Origin: Cytophagales bacterium
GTDB taxonomy: Bacteria > Bacteroidota > Bacteroidia > Cytophagales > Spirosomataceae
Assembly (NCBI GenBank): GCA_013298805.1
Contig: JAAFIU010000003.1
Span: forward strand, 49-64,048
Length of the DNA stretch: 64,000 nucleotides
Direction of reading: 5' to 3'
The translations under genes were made by a program, and so were the position numbers. Below are positions 53,203 through 63,276 of the stretch, piece by piece. The stretch's first letter is position 1, and every line of letters starts with the position of its first letter. The notes beneath the pieces are model-generated. The model had not been told where the DNA came from. It was given only the letters and a program-made list of their open reading frames with translations, and searched no databases.

Positions 53203-53505
53203 ATGCTTCAAGCTCAAATATTCATTGACCAAGACGATATGCTCGATGAAATAACTTCTCAGGAGTACATTATTCGATTCTTGATTTCACAAAAAGTGAA
53301 AGGCTTAACCGTCTTTAAAGGTATCTCAGGCTTTGGTTCTACTCAGCACTTCAATCGCCCGAATGACTTATTCAGTTTTGATGAAATACCCATTTTAATC
53401 ACTTTTATCGACGATACCGAAAAAGTAAAAGCAGCCTTAACCGCACTAAGAACAAAATTTAGTGGCGGATTTATAATTACCAACGAAGTTGAACAGTGGA
53501 AATAA
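53203..53505 (+). CDS. DUF190 (PII-like) protein
   Basis: GLTVFKGISGFG, PILITFID. Confidence 0.7.
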   Translation: MLQAQIFIDQDDMLDEITSQEYIIRFLISQKVKGLTVFKGISGFGSTQHFNRPNDLFSFDEIPILITFIDDTEKVKAALTALRTKFSGGFIITNEVEQWK

Positions 53506-56500
53506 ATGATAAAGAATTTACTAATATTCAGTTTACGCAATAGATGGATTGTTATTGCAATCAGTACGGTGCTTATGGCTATCGGGTACTGGTGTTTTAC
53601 CCAGTTGAAAATAGAAGCCTACCCAGATATTGCTGATACTTGCGTAATTGTGGTGGCACAATACGAAGGCAGAGCCGCCGAAGAAGTAGAACAACAAGTA
53701 ACCGTTCCGATTGAACGTGCTTTGCAAAATACCCCCAATGTATTAGACCGAAGAAGTCGCACAATTTTTGGACTATCGGTTGTACAATTGACGTTTAAAG
53801 ACGGTACTGACGATTATTTTGCTCGTCAGCAAGTTCTTGAGCGACTAAGTAGTGCTTCACTACCCAATGGGGTTGCACCAGAATTAGCTCCTTTAAGTAC
53901 CGCTGTTGGTGAAATATACCGTTATGTGGTAGAAGCTCCCGCCAATTTTAGCCAAACAGAATTGCGAGATTTGCAAGATTGGGTCATCAAACCAGCCCTT
54001 TTGCAAGTTCCAGGCATTGCAGACGTTGTTACTTTTGGTGGCCCTCTCAAACAATTTCACATTATTTCCTCTCCAGAGAAACTTAGAAAATATAATTTAA
54101 CCCTTCAAGATATTACCGATGCAGTAAATGTTAATAACCAAAATACTGGGGGAAATATCGTTGCTCGTGGTGGACAAGGCTTTGCTGTACGTGGCTTAGG
54201 GGCAATCAAAACAGAACGTGATATTCAAAATATCGTGCTGAAATCTGATAACGGAATGCCTGTATTTATTCGTGATGTGGCAACGGTGGAAATCACCCCT
54301 CCCCCACCGAGCGGCGTTTTGGGCTATACCGTTACCAAAGATAGCCTTGATGTTAATAGTGGCGTTGAAGGAATTGTTCTACTGAGACGTTATCAAAATC
54401 CAAGCGAAGTATTGAAACTTTTAAAGGATAAAATGACGGAATTAAAGGAAAGCGAATTGCCCGAAGGAATTCAATTACGTCCTTTGTACGACCGTAGTTT
54501 TTTAATTGACCACTCTCTGGAAACTGTTGCTCATACTTTATTTGAAGGAATTTCAATCGTTATTATTTTACTAATTTTCTTTTTGGGAAGCATCAGAAGT
54601 GCCGTTGTGGTGGCTTTAACAATTCCGTTTTCATTATTATTTGCCTTTATTTTGATGCGTCTGACGGGTATTCCTGCCAATTTACTTTCATTGGGAGCAA
54701 TTGATTTTGGAATTATTGTTGACGGAGCGTGCTTGATGGCAGAACACCTTATCAGAAAATATCGAACGGCAACAGTCGAAGAAAAAAAGCAAGGAATTAT
54801 TAAGATTACCCTTCATGCTGCCCAAGAAGTAGGACGAGAAATATTTTTCTCGGTTACAATCATCATTTTGGCATATATGCCCATTTTGTTAATGACCAGA
54901 GTGGAAGGAAAACTTTTTTCTCCAATGGCTTTAACGCTTGCTTTTGCCGTAATTGGCTCAATGTTGGCAGCTTTAACCTTTATTCCTGTACTGATTTCGT
55001 TTAGCTATAAAAAGGATTTGGCAAATTTAGAGAAACCCATGAAAGAACATAAGAATTATGTGCTGGATTTTCTTGCCAAAATATACGCAAAAGCATTGGA
55101 AAAACTACTGCGATATTACAAAAAAACGGTTATCGTAGGGTTTGCGGTGGTAACTATCCTTATTCTATTTGGCTTGAAATTAGGCACGGAGTTTTTGCCA
55201 ACGTTAGATGAAGGCTCAATCTTTTTAAGAGGCAATTTTCCTGCGGGAATTACCATTCAAGAAAATGCAAGTTATGCTCCTAAAATCAGAAAAATCATTG
55301 CTAAATACCCTCAAATAGCGTTTGTCATTACGCAAACAGGTCGAAATGATGATGGAACAGACCCTTTTCCTGCCAATAGAAATGAAATTTTAGTAGGCTT
55401 AAAAGACTATGATTTATGGAGCAAAACCATTTCTAAAAAAGAATTGGTGGACAAAATAAAAACAGAATTACAACAACAATTGCCTTCTGTTACCTTTTCG
55501 TCGGGACAACCCATTATTGACCAAGTAATGGAAATTGTAACGGGTAGTGCCGCCGACCTTGCCATTTCGGTTGTTGGTGAAGATTTAAAAATGATGCGAC
55601 AAAAAGCTGATAGTATTGCTGTAATAGTCAAACAAACTGCTGGTGCTGATAATGTAAATATCGAACAAGAAGGGCCACAAGACCAATTAGCCATCAATAT
55701 TAATCGAGAATCCGCCGCACGTTTTGGTATCAATGTAGCGGATATTCAGAATATGATTGAAGCGGCCATTGGCGGCAAGGCAATTTCAACGCTATATGAT
55801 GGGACAAAACGCTATGATATTGTGGTTCGTTTTCTGCCCCAATATCGTAATTCCATTGATGCTATTAAAGAAATATTAGTGCCGTCTGCGAATGGAGCTT
55901 TAATCCCGATGAACCAATTAGCCGATATTAGTTTCATAGAAGGGCAAACGAATATTTATCGTTATGGTAGTAAAAGAATGGCAACCGTGCGGACAAATAT
56001 AAAAGGACGTGACCAAGGGGGCTTTGTAAAAGAATTGCAAGCTAAAATTGATGCCAAAATACGTGTTCCAAAAGGATACGATATCATTTATGGCGGTCAA
56101 TACGAAAATCTTGAACGAGCAGGAAAACAATTAGCATTTACCATTCCTCTTACTATTCTATTAGTATTTGTATTCTTGTTTATGCTTTTCAAAAACTTGC
56201 CAAATACTTTGGTAACAATGAGTTGTATTCTATTTGCGTTGGGCGGTGGAATTGTCGCTTTATTAATGCGAGGATACTATTTTAATGTATCAGCAGGGGT
56301 TGGCTTTGTGAGTATTTTTGGTATTTCTGTAATGGCGGGCGTTTTGTTAGTTTCGGGAATTAATCGGGAACAAGGACTTGGGGAAGGAGAATTGACCCAA
56401 AATGTATTAATTGCCTCAAAAGAACAATTAAGAGCCTTACTTTCTATCTTGGTAGTTGCCATTGTTGGACTTGTACCTGCGGCTATATCATCTGGTATTG

Positions 56501-56649
56501 GGTCGGATGTTCAACGCCCATTGGCAACTGTTATTATTGGAGGTTTAACCAGTACCCTAATTTTCGCTCCAATTCTTCTTCCACCACTTTATTTGTGGTT
56601 AGAAAAATCTAAGAAATCACAAAATTTGGCTGTAAATGAAGAGGTATAA
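53506..56649 (+). CDS. Heavy-metal efflux RND permease (CusA/CzcA family)
   Basis: IEAYPDI, SLGAIDFGIIVDGA..E, EGKLFSPMA, GTEFLPTLDEG, RPLATVIIGGL. Confidence 0.95.
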   Translation: MIKNLLIFSLRNRWIVIAISTVLMAIGYWCFTQLKIEAYPDIADTCVIVVAQYEGRAAEEVEQQVTVPIERALQNTPNVLDRRSRTIFGLSVVQLTFKDGTDDYFARQQVLERLSSASLPNGVAPELAPLSTAVGEIYRYVVEAPANFSQTELRDLQDWVIKPALLQVPGIADVVTFGGPLKQFHIISSPEKLRKYNLTLQDITDAVNVNNQNTGGNIVARGGQGFAVRGLGAIKTERDIQNIVLKSDNGMPVFIRDVATVEITPPPPSGVLGYTVTKDSLDVNSGVEGIVLLRRYQNPSEVLKLLKDKMTELKESELPEGIQLRPLYDRSFLIDHSLETVAHTLFEGISIVIILLIFFLGSIRSAVVVALTIPFSLLFAFILMRLTGIPANLLSLGAIDFGIIVDGACLMAEHLIRKYRTATVEEKKQGIIKITLHAAQEVGREIFFSVTIIILAYMPILLMTRVEGKLFSPMALTLAFAVIGSMLAALTFIPVLISFSYKKDLANLEKPMKEHKNYVLDFLAKIYAKALEKLLRYYKKTVIVGFAVVTILILFGLKLGTEFLPTLDEGSIFLRGNFPAGITIQENASYAPKIRKIIAKYPQIAFVITQTGRNDDGTDPFPANRNEILVGLKDYDLWSKTISKKELVDKIKTELQQQLPSVTFSSGQPIIDQVMEIVTGSAADLAISVVGEDLKMMRQKADSIAVIVKQTAGADNVNIEQEGPQDQLAININRESAARFGINVADIQNMIEAAIGGKAISTLYDGTKRYDIVVRFLPQYRNSIDAIKEILVPSANGALIPMNQLADISFIEGQTNIYRYGSKRMATVRTNIKGRDQGGFVKELQAKIDAKIRVPKGYDIIYGGQYENLERAGKQLAFTIPLTILLVFVFLFMLFKNLPNTLVTMSCILFALGGGIVALLMRGYYFNVSAGVGFVSIFGISVMAGVLLVSGINREQGLGEGELTQNVLIASKEQLRALLSILVVAIVGLVPAAISSGIGSDVQRPLATVIIGGLTSTLIFAPILLPPLYLWLEKSKKSQNLAVNEEV

Positions 56650-56694
56650 TTGAGAGATTTACGGTTCAAATACAAATTATTTGAGTTTAAACAA

Positions 56695-56740
56695 AAAATT
56701 GCGGAAATCATCCTTCAAAAAACGGTTTCCGTAATTTTTA
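56695..56740. terminator. Probable intrinsic terminator
   Basis: AAAAATTGCGGAAA ... TTTCCGTAATTTTT between convergent genes. Confidence 0.55.
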
Positions 56741-56867
56741 CAAGAATTAAATTAACATAAGTAATCACTACAAATTAAACTACGTTTTATTTATATTAAA
56801 TACTTGATTATCAGTTTGTTATTTCCCGAATATCGAACATCGAAATACGAATAACTACTTAAAACAA

Positions 56868-57794
56868 CTATTCAAGCAGCCTGTAATCACTTGGACTGAT
56901 TCCTATTTGAGTTTTAAAAAACCTCGAAAAAACGCTAACTTCACTTTTGCCAACATTGTAAGCGATTTCCTTTACTGAAAGATTGGTTTGTTTAAGCATG
57001 ACTTTGGCTTCAAGCAGAATCATTTCATTCACTAAGTCATTGGCAGATTTTCCAGTCGTAGATTTCACACATTTGTTTAGATGATTGGGAGAAATATTAA
57101 GTAATTCTGCATAATCTGAAACTTTATTTTTGAGTGTAATATTTTTGGACAAAGCCTTTTTAAATTCTTTCGTAATTTCTAAAGCAGCACTTATAGAATT
57201 ATGCGATGACCGTTTTACAAATGGTTGTAATTCGGTAAACAGAGCCAATAGATACGTCTCAAAAACTTCTGTCCTACCTTTAACTCCTTTCTGATATTCA
57301 AATAACATCCTTTCAAGTAAGTTAATCACATGGTTTTTAGTATCGGCATTTATTTCCACCAAAGGAAAACTATTGTATTCCAAAAAAGGAAAATTAGTGT
57401 ATATTTTTTTTAAAAGGGTATGTTCGGCTAATAACTGAATATCAAAATGACAATAATATCCTTGAACATCATTTCTAACAAACTTATGTGTCGTAATTTC
57501 GTGAGCAGGCACAAAAAAGAATGTATTTTCTCCAAATTCATAAGTCTCTAATCCAATACTTCTTGTGGTATAACCTTTGGTCAGAAAAATAAAATAATAT
57601 ACATTCATTCGTCTTGGCCGAAAATCAGTAGCCAAAGGGGAATCTATTAGCTTAAAAAAATCTTCTAACCTATTGATATGAAAATAATTATGTGCAAAAG
57701 ACGTGAGTTGGTACAGCGATGTACCTTTAATAGCCTTTAGTTCTGTCTCAATTAGTTCTGCAACATCAAGTGATAGTATTTTCTCATTTTTCAT
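56868..57794 (-). CDS. AraC-family regulator
   Basis: YAELLNISPNHLNK, LSVKEIAY, FSRFFK. Confidence 0.9.
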   Translation of the reverse strand: MKNEKILSLDVAELIETELKAIKGTSLYQLTSFAHNYFHINRLEDFFKLIDSPLATDFRPRRMNVYYFIFLTKGYTTRSIGLETYEFGENTFFFVPAHEITTHKFVRNDVQGYYCHFDIQLLAEHTLLKKIYTNFPFLEYNSFPLVEINADTKNHVINLLERMLFEYQKGVKGRTEVFETYLLALFTELQPFVKRSSHNSISAALEITKEFKKALSKNITLKNKVSDYAELLNISPNHLNKCVKSTTGKSANDLVNEMILLEAKVMLKQTNLSVKEIAYNVGKSEVSVFSRFFKTQIGISPSDYRLLE

Positions 57795-57864
57795 ATTGGA
57801 GTGCTGCTTATTTTTGACTGAATGAGCGTTACATTTAAACAGTTTCTATTTATATATCCAAAAT

Positions 57865-59085
57865 TTATGCCTCTAAATCCTTCTTTTGAAAGAGTAAATT
57901 TAAACCAACAATAAACAAAAAAACTACTCCACACATAACGCCAACTGTCATAAAGGTAGCTTGAACTCCTCTTGAGAATTTCGTAATTGTTGAAACAAAA
58001 AAGGGGTTTAAGAATTGTCCTAAGAAAAATGCACTCGTCCAAAATCCCATTCCTCTTCCTCTGTATTTTACAGGAAACAAATTTAACGCCCATGCTACCA
58101 ACACTGGTACTGTCATTCCACAACCTAATTGTTGTACCCAAGCAACCACGATGGCCGTTTGAACATCTTTCGCCGTTCCAATTCCGACGAGCCCTATGGT
58201 AAAAAATAAGAAAATTAATGCCATTTGTTGCCAAAATGGACGTTTTGATACCAATTTAAAAATCAAAGCACCTATTGGCACAGCGGTACTGGCAATAGCA
58301 CTCATATTGCCCAATTCTACTTTGTCTTTAATGCCCATCGCATCCAATGCTAATGAAAAATGGATAGTATATACAAAATATAAAATTGAGAAGAATAAGG
58401 TAATCAAAAATGCCTGTAGTGCAGCTCGTGTTGGAAAACCATCTGAATTGGATTCTTCATCTATTGCACTGGTAATTTTGATAGTTGGTTCAAAAATAAA
58501 AACAAAAGACAATGCGGTAATGATGAAAGCTATACCATAAACTAAAAATGGGTAATTCCAGCCTAAATTTGCCAAGTTTCCGCTTAATGCTAATAAAAAA
58601 CTTCCAGCAATTGAACCAAAAAATCCTTGAACCATTAACCACTTGGCACGGTCGTTTGGAGCAAAATAATCACCCAAAAGTGCATTTCCAATTACCAAAA
58701 CAAAAGCCTCCCCTACCCCCAAAAGTAAACGACCTGTAATAACAGTATTGAATCCATCCAAGAAAAAAGGGAGTATTCCACCCAAACCATATAGGGTAAT
58801 AAAGACTAAAAGTAATTTTCTTCTACCATATTTATCAATAAAATAACCTGCAAATGGAGCAATAATAGCGATACATAATCCTGGGGCAGTCAGAATCATA
58901 GGAACAAGTAAACCTTTATTTTCAACGTCACTAAAGTGTGCCATCAACGTTGGCAAAGCTGGCATAAGTGACACGATTGCCATCATCGGAAGCTGATTGA
59001 TGAGGATGACAATAAATGCTTGCCAAAAACCTGCAACTTTACTCCCTACAAAAGTTCCTAACTGATTTGAATGAGTATTTTCCAT
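57865..59085 (-). CDS. MFS transporter
   Basis: GYFIDKYGRR, GRLLLGVGE, RGRGMG; 12-TM pattern. Confidence 0.9.
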   Translation of the reverse strand: MENTHSNQLGTFVGSKVAGFWQAFIVILINQLPMMAIVSLMPALPTLMAHFSDVENKGLLVPMILTAPGLCIAIIAPFAGYFIDKYGRRKLLLVFITLYGLGGILPFFLDGFNTVITGRLLLGVGEAFVLVIGNALLGDYFAPNDRAKWLMVQGFFGSIAGSFLLALSGNLANLGWNYPFLVYGIAFIITALSFVFIFEPTIKITSAIDEESNSDGFPTRAALQAFLITLFFSILYFVYTIHFSLALDAMGIKDKVELGNMSAIASTAVPIGALIFKLVSKRPFWQQMALIFLFFTIGLVGIGTAKDVQTAIVVAWVQQLGCGMTVPVLVAWALNLFPVKYRGRGMGFWTSAFFLGQFLNPFFVSTITKFSRGVQATFMTVGVMCGVVFLFIVGLNLLFQKKDLEA

Positions 59086-59398
59086 AATATTGGTTTATAA
59101 TGAGTGATTCTTCTCTTTTAAAATTTCAATAGTTTTCTTAAAATAGGTTTGATTTTAAATTAAGCATTTTTTAGAATTATTATACTATTTATTTGTATAA
59201 AGTTAAGATTGTAATTGTATTTTCATATTGACTATTACAGTCGTTTTGTTGACAATTTCAATCATTTATTGAAAATAATGCCAACCTACTGATAAATACA
59301 AAATGATAAATTGGATATTTTACAAAAAACAGACACACTTAGCACAAAAAAAATACTGTCATAAACAGTATTCTAAAATATAAGGTTGAGTAATACGA

Positions 59399-60979
59399 TT
59401 AGAGTTTTTGAACAACTTTTTCGCATGATCGCACTGCCAAAGCAATACTGGTAAGTGTTGGGTTTGAAGCTGTTGGAATTGGAATGACACCATTGCCACC
59501 AACAAATAAATTATCAAAACCCCAAACCTGTGAGTAGGTATCACAAACAGATTCACCATCGTTTTCTGCTCCCATGCGGGTTGAGCCTTCATAATGTAGC
59601 GACGTACCCGCTGGCATGAGTGTTTGCTCTCCGTCTTTTATTTCCTTGCCAAATAAGTTCACTACATTTGACTGGAAAACTTTTGCAGCTTCTATTGTTG
59701 CTCGGTCATTATCGGTATAATGAAATTTGAAATTCATTTTTGGCATCCCAAAATAGTCTTTTTCTGTTTCAGAAAAAACAATCCTATCGTCAAAATTTGA
59801 TTCCTTCAAACAGCCCCAACCTAAACCCACAATATGTTTGGGGCTTACTTCGGTGGTAGTTTTCATCGGAGATAAATCCATGTGCATAATTTGTCCATGA
59901 AAAGGGTGATTGGGAGCATCAAAAGGTACCCAAAATACCCCAACAGTAGGCTCAGTACGTATTTTAGGGTCATACATGACATTTGCTGAAACGGCATTCT
60001 CCATCCTTCTAATTTCATTTACTAAATCTTCTTTCAATTCTACAAATGTAAATACAAATGGGTGTTCGTTGAGGTAATGCCCCATAGCCTTGGGTCTTAT
60101 TTCGGAAGCCCAAAGTAATTGTGGTGTTCGGAGTGCATCAGCGACTACAATTACGATATTGGCTTCAATTGTTTCTATATTTCCCGATGGTAAATGTTCT
60201 ATCTGGACCCCAGAAATTGAGGATTGTTTTTTGATTAACTTCCGACAAATGGTTTCTGAACGAAGTTCAAAATTGGGATTTTTCAAAGTATCGCCCAAAA
60301 TTAAATCTGAGGCAGTCCAATATTTATTTCCATGCTCGTCTGTTTTACAAGCCAAGGGCATTGGTTGAGCATGGCGATTGGCAGAATGATTTTCCCCAAG
60401 TGTTTTATTTAAAATTGTCAAAATGGCTTTTCCTTCGTTTGAGAGAGGAAAAGTCTTTTGAGAAACATGAAGGATTTTTTCAGCTTCCGTAAAAGCCTTA
60501 TCCATTTCATTTTCTGAAATAAAAGAAATTTGTTCTCCTTTTCCTGGTCTTGGACAAGCACACGTCCAATGAATTCCCATTCCTCCAACATTCGTTGACA
60601 TAGAGATGGCTGGCATTTCATTAACGCCCAAATCTTCTAAATTATCCGTTACCAAATGTGTACCTGCACGAGCCAAAATATCTGGAGTTAAGTCCCCACG
60701 GTGTACGGCTGCTGCACGTTCAGCTACTGAAATCATCGGATAAGGTGTCTTTTTTTGCCCTTGTGATAGAATTTGAGCTGTTTCGGCAACTTTAGGGTCT
60801 GAAATATTCTTTATATGTTGCCCAATTTTATCCGAAACTTTCGGCCCTGCATCGATCATTAAGATTTTTACATAAGGTTTTTGTTCAGAAATAATACGAG
60901 CATACGTTGCTCCCACAAGTCCCGAGCCAACAATAATTACATCGTATTTAGTTTGGAAAGTATGATTTTGACTTTGCAT
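59399..60979 (-). CDS. Pyranose-oxidase-like GMC flavoenzyme (candidate C-glycoside 3-oxidase, CarA-like)
   Basis: GSGLVG FAD motif, GGMGIHWTCACP, catalytic SLHYEG and NPTLT; next to deglycosylase genes. Confidence 0.85.
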   Translation of the reverse strand: MQSQNHTFQTKYDVIIVGSGLVGATYARIISEQKPYVKILMIDAGPKVSDKIGQHIKNISDPKVAETAQILSQGQKKTPYPMISVAERAAAVHRGDLTPDILARAGTHLVTDNLEDLGVNEMPAISMSTNVGGMGIHWTCACPRPGKGEQISFISENEMDKAFTEAEKILHVSQKTFPLSNEGKAILTILNKTLGENHSANRHAQPMPLACKTDEHGNKYWTASDLILGDTLKNPNFELRSETICRKLIKKQSSISGVQIEHLPSGNIETIEANIVIVVADALRTPQLLWASEIRPKAMGHYLNEHPFVFTFVELKEDLVNEIRRMENAVSANVMYDPKIRTEPTVGVFWVPFDAPNHPFHGQIMHMDLSPMKTTTEVSPKHIVGLGWGCLKESNFDDRIVFSETEKDYFGMPKMNFKFHYTDNDRATIEAAKVFQSNVVNLFGKEIKDGEQTLMPAGTSLHYEGSTRMGAENDGESVCDTYSQVWGFDNLFVGGNGVIPIPTASNPTLTSIALAVRSCEKVVQKL

Positions 60980-61031
60980 TTATGAATGATTTTTTCGTAA
61001 ATAATTGATATTGAATCAGTTTGTGATTTTA

Positions 61032-62015
61032 TCAAAGCGTCGAAATAATTTTTTTGAATAATTGATGTTGTTTTGCTACTTGGTCAAAAGCATCAAATTT
61101 ATCGGTAAATGCTGAACCTTCGTATTCACTGGCAATATATCCGCTATAACCACTTTCATGGAAAGTCTTTAAAATGGTAGCATAGTCAATGGATGGTTCA
61201 TCACCATTTTCATCAAAACCATAAAATTTCCCGTGAATATGAATAACCTGTGGCATCACTTCTTTCCACATTTCGATTGGCTGACGACCATTCATGCTAA
61301 ATGCCATGTTCAAACGTCCAATTTGTGGTGGAGTTCCACCTAATGCAGAAACTCGCTCGAACAATTCCCCAAATTTTGAAGGCATTGGCACATTTTTTTG
61401 CCAAATTTCTTTGGTTATGGCAATCATTTCATCAGTAACGCCAACAGATTTAAAGCTCGTTAGAAGGGCATCTGGAATATTTCTCATGCAGGTACCCATA
61501 TCTGGAATGAACCCTAAATAGGGCGAATCAATTTCTTGATATAGTTCACGCAAGGCAAGCACTGCGGGATGGTCAACCTGATATGGTGTGTGTAATTCCA
61601 TACCTAATTTTACATTGGCTTTTTCGGCATAACTCACCAACTTTCGCATTACTTCTGGCTTGGCAGTCATTTGTACACGAATCATCGGGAAACCCAAACG
61701 TCGAGCAGCATCAAGTTGGGGCAGGATATAATCTACGGTTTCATCAATACTTAAAATACCATTTCGTCTAATTCCCACATCCACATTGGTATCTAAACAT
61801 ACAGGTTCAAATTCATATTTTTCCAACAAATGTCTTACTTCTGAAACTTGTTGTTCAGTTATGTACGGAAAACCCTTTAAGCTCTGAAAACCAATGATTT
61901 CTAAGCCTGAGCCTAAATCTAATTCTCGGGTTTTGGCAATGGTAGATTCCAGTGTATAGGCACCCGAATTCCATTCGTAGGCAAACGAAAACAAGGAAGT
62001 TGCTAATTTTATCAT
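61032..62015 (-). CDS. Sugar-phosphate isomerase-like TIM barrel (candidate C-deglycosylase alpha subunit, CarB-like)
   Basis: GMELH, GFIPDMG, HIHGKF, SEYEG metal ligands. Confidence 0.8.
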   Translation of the reverse strand: MIKLATSLFSFAYEWNSGAYTLESTIAKTRELDLGSGLEIIGFQSLKGFPYITEQQVSEVRHLLEKYEFEPVCLDTNVDVGIRRNGILSIDETVDYILPQLDAARRLGFPMIRVQMTAKPEVMRKLVSYAEKANVKLGMELHTPYQVDHPAVLALRELYQEIDSPYLGFIPDMGTCMRNIPDALLTSFKSVGVTDEMIAITKEIWQKNVPMPSKFGELFERVSALGGTPPQIGRLNMAFSMNGRQPIEMWKEVMPQVIHIHGKFYGFDENGDEPSIDYATILKTFHESGYSGYIASEYEGSAFTDKFDAFDQVAKQHQLFKKIISTL

Positions 62016-62094
62016 TTGTGATTTAGGGTTGTTACAATTTGGGGGATATTCAACTATTAGTAAGGAGCTTGGATTTAGAAGTTTGGTTGTATCA

Positions 62095-62318
62095 GTTAGT
62101 TATTTGTACTCCAAATGGAGATTAAAAACCATAATCGTCAATCAAGTCAATCTTAAATATTTTTGGGTATGTAATAGGAATAAATTATTTGACATTTGGT
62201 AGTGGCGTATAGCATACGCCAACATCGTCATAACATTGGCGTATGCTATACGCCGCTACCAAATGAACGGAATCAATATTATTAAATAATTTATTCTTGG
62301 TACTTACAAATAACTAAC
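62095..62318. repeat. Three-layer nested inverted-repeat element with a GTAG-type REP doublet core
   Basis: Outer GTTAGTTATTTGTA / TACAAATAACTAAC; middle 62168-62190 / 62284-62306; inner CATTTGGTAGTGGCGTATAGCATACGCCAA / TTGGCGTATGCTATACGCCGCTACCAAATG. Confidence 0.8.
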
Positions 62319-62344
62319 CAACTCACCTAAGTCCAAACACTACT

Positions 62345-62740
62345 TTATTGACAAATTAATACTTTTTCAACCTTACTACCAGCCAAAAGAGGCTTGCCCT
62401 CTGCTCCTACTAAAATGTAGGGAATATAGAGGTCGAGATTAAAAACGATTTCGTAGCTCTGCCCTACTTTCAGTGGTTTAGGATATTGAATGGTAGCTTT
62501 GTCAAGAATAAACAGAAACTCTTTATCCAAGTTGGGCAACTGTTGATAAGTATAGCTGACGTTATTAGCTACTACCTTTATCAAATTATTGTCAATCATT
62601 TCTCCATCAATTTTCAGACTAAAATCCATACATGAAAGAGGTAAGGTTCGATACCAGTGCGATTGAAATTGTAACTCAAAACCCAATTCATTGGTTTTTA
62701 GAGCATTTTCTGTTAAAATATATTTGTCTAATGGACCCAT
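62345..62740 (-). CDS. DUF6379-like protein (candidate C-deglycosylase beta subunit, CarC-like)
   Basis: WYRTLPLSC, IDGE, LYIPY; 131 aa. Confidence 0.75.
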   Translation of the reverse strand: MGPLDKYILTENALKTNELGFELQFQSHWYRTLPLSCMDFSLKIDGEMIDNNLIKVVANNVSYTYQQLPNLDKEFLFILDKATIQYPKPLKVGQSYEIVFNLDLYIPYILVGAEGKPLLAGSKVEKVLICQ

Positions 62741-62770
62741 TTTTGATTGAGGGATTTACAATTTTGGACG

Positions 62771-63157
62771 CTACAATTTTATAACTTTCTCACTCTGCCG
62801 AATAGAAGGAAACGGCATATAGGAAACCCGCAAATTTAATAGTAAATGTAATTTGTGTTCTCCTGTTGTTAAACCGCCTTTTTTACGAACTTGCACGTGA
62901 GCAATTTCACCCATTTCCCAGCGAGCTTCTGGCTCTATTTCCATTTGAGCCATTGTGTAGTTTTTATCTTGGACAGTTAATGAAACATTTTCTTGCTGAA
63001 TCTTTTCGCCGTCAATGGTCACAATGATTTCTTCAACCATCGAAAGCCCCAATCCTCGATAATAAGGCAATCTTGCTCCAAATTGGAAACCTGTATTTTG
63101 TCCGTTTTCGACGATGTTCTGTACATCGTCTTCGACTATCATATATTTTTCAAACAT
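62771..63157 (-). CDS. DUF6379-like protein (candidate C-deglycosylase beta subunit, CarC-like)
   Basis: RLPYYRGLGLS, IDGE, RWEMGE, GGL..GEH, LRVSYMP. Confidence 0.8.
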   Translation of the reverse strand: MFEKYMIVEDDVQNIVENGQNTGFQFGARLPYYRGLGLSMVEEIIVTIDGEKIQQENVSLTVQDKNYTMAQMEIEPEARWEMGEIAHVQVRKKGGLTTGEHKLHLLLNLRVSYMPFPSIRQSEKVIKL

Positions 63158-63276
63158 CTTTTTTAGTTATAAATGATTTAAGGAAGATAAATAAAGTGAC
63201 GATTTAAGGATTCTTAAATCTTTTGTTCTGTTGCTTAGTGAATTTGTCGTAAGCACACATCGTTCATTACTCATCA

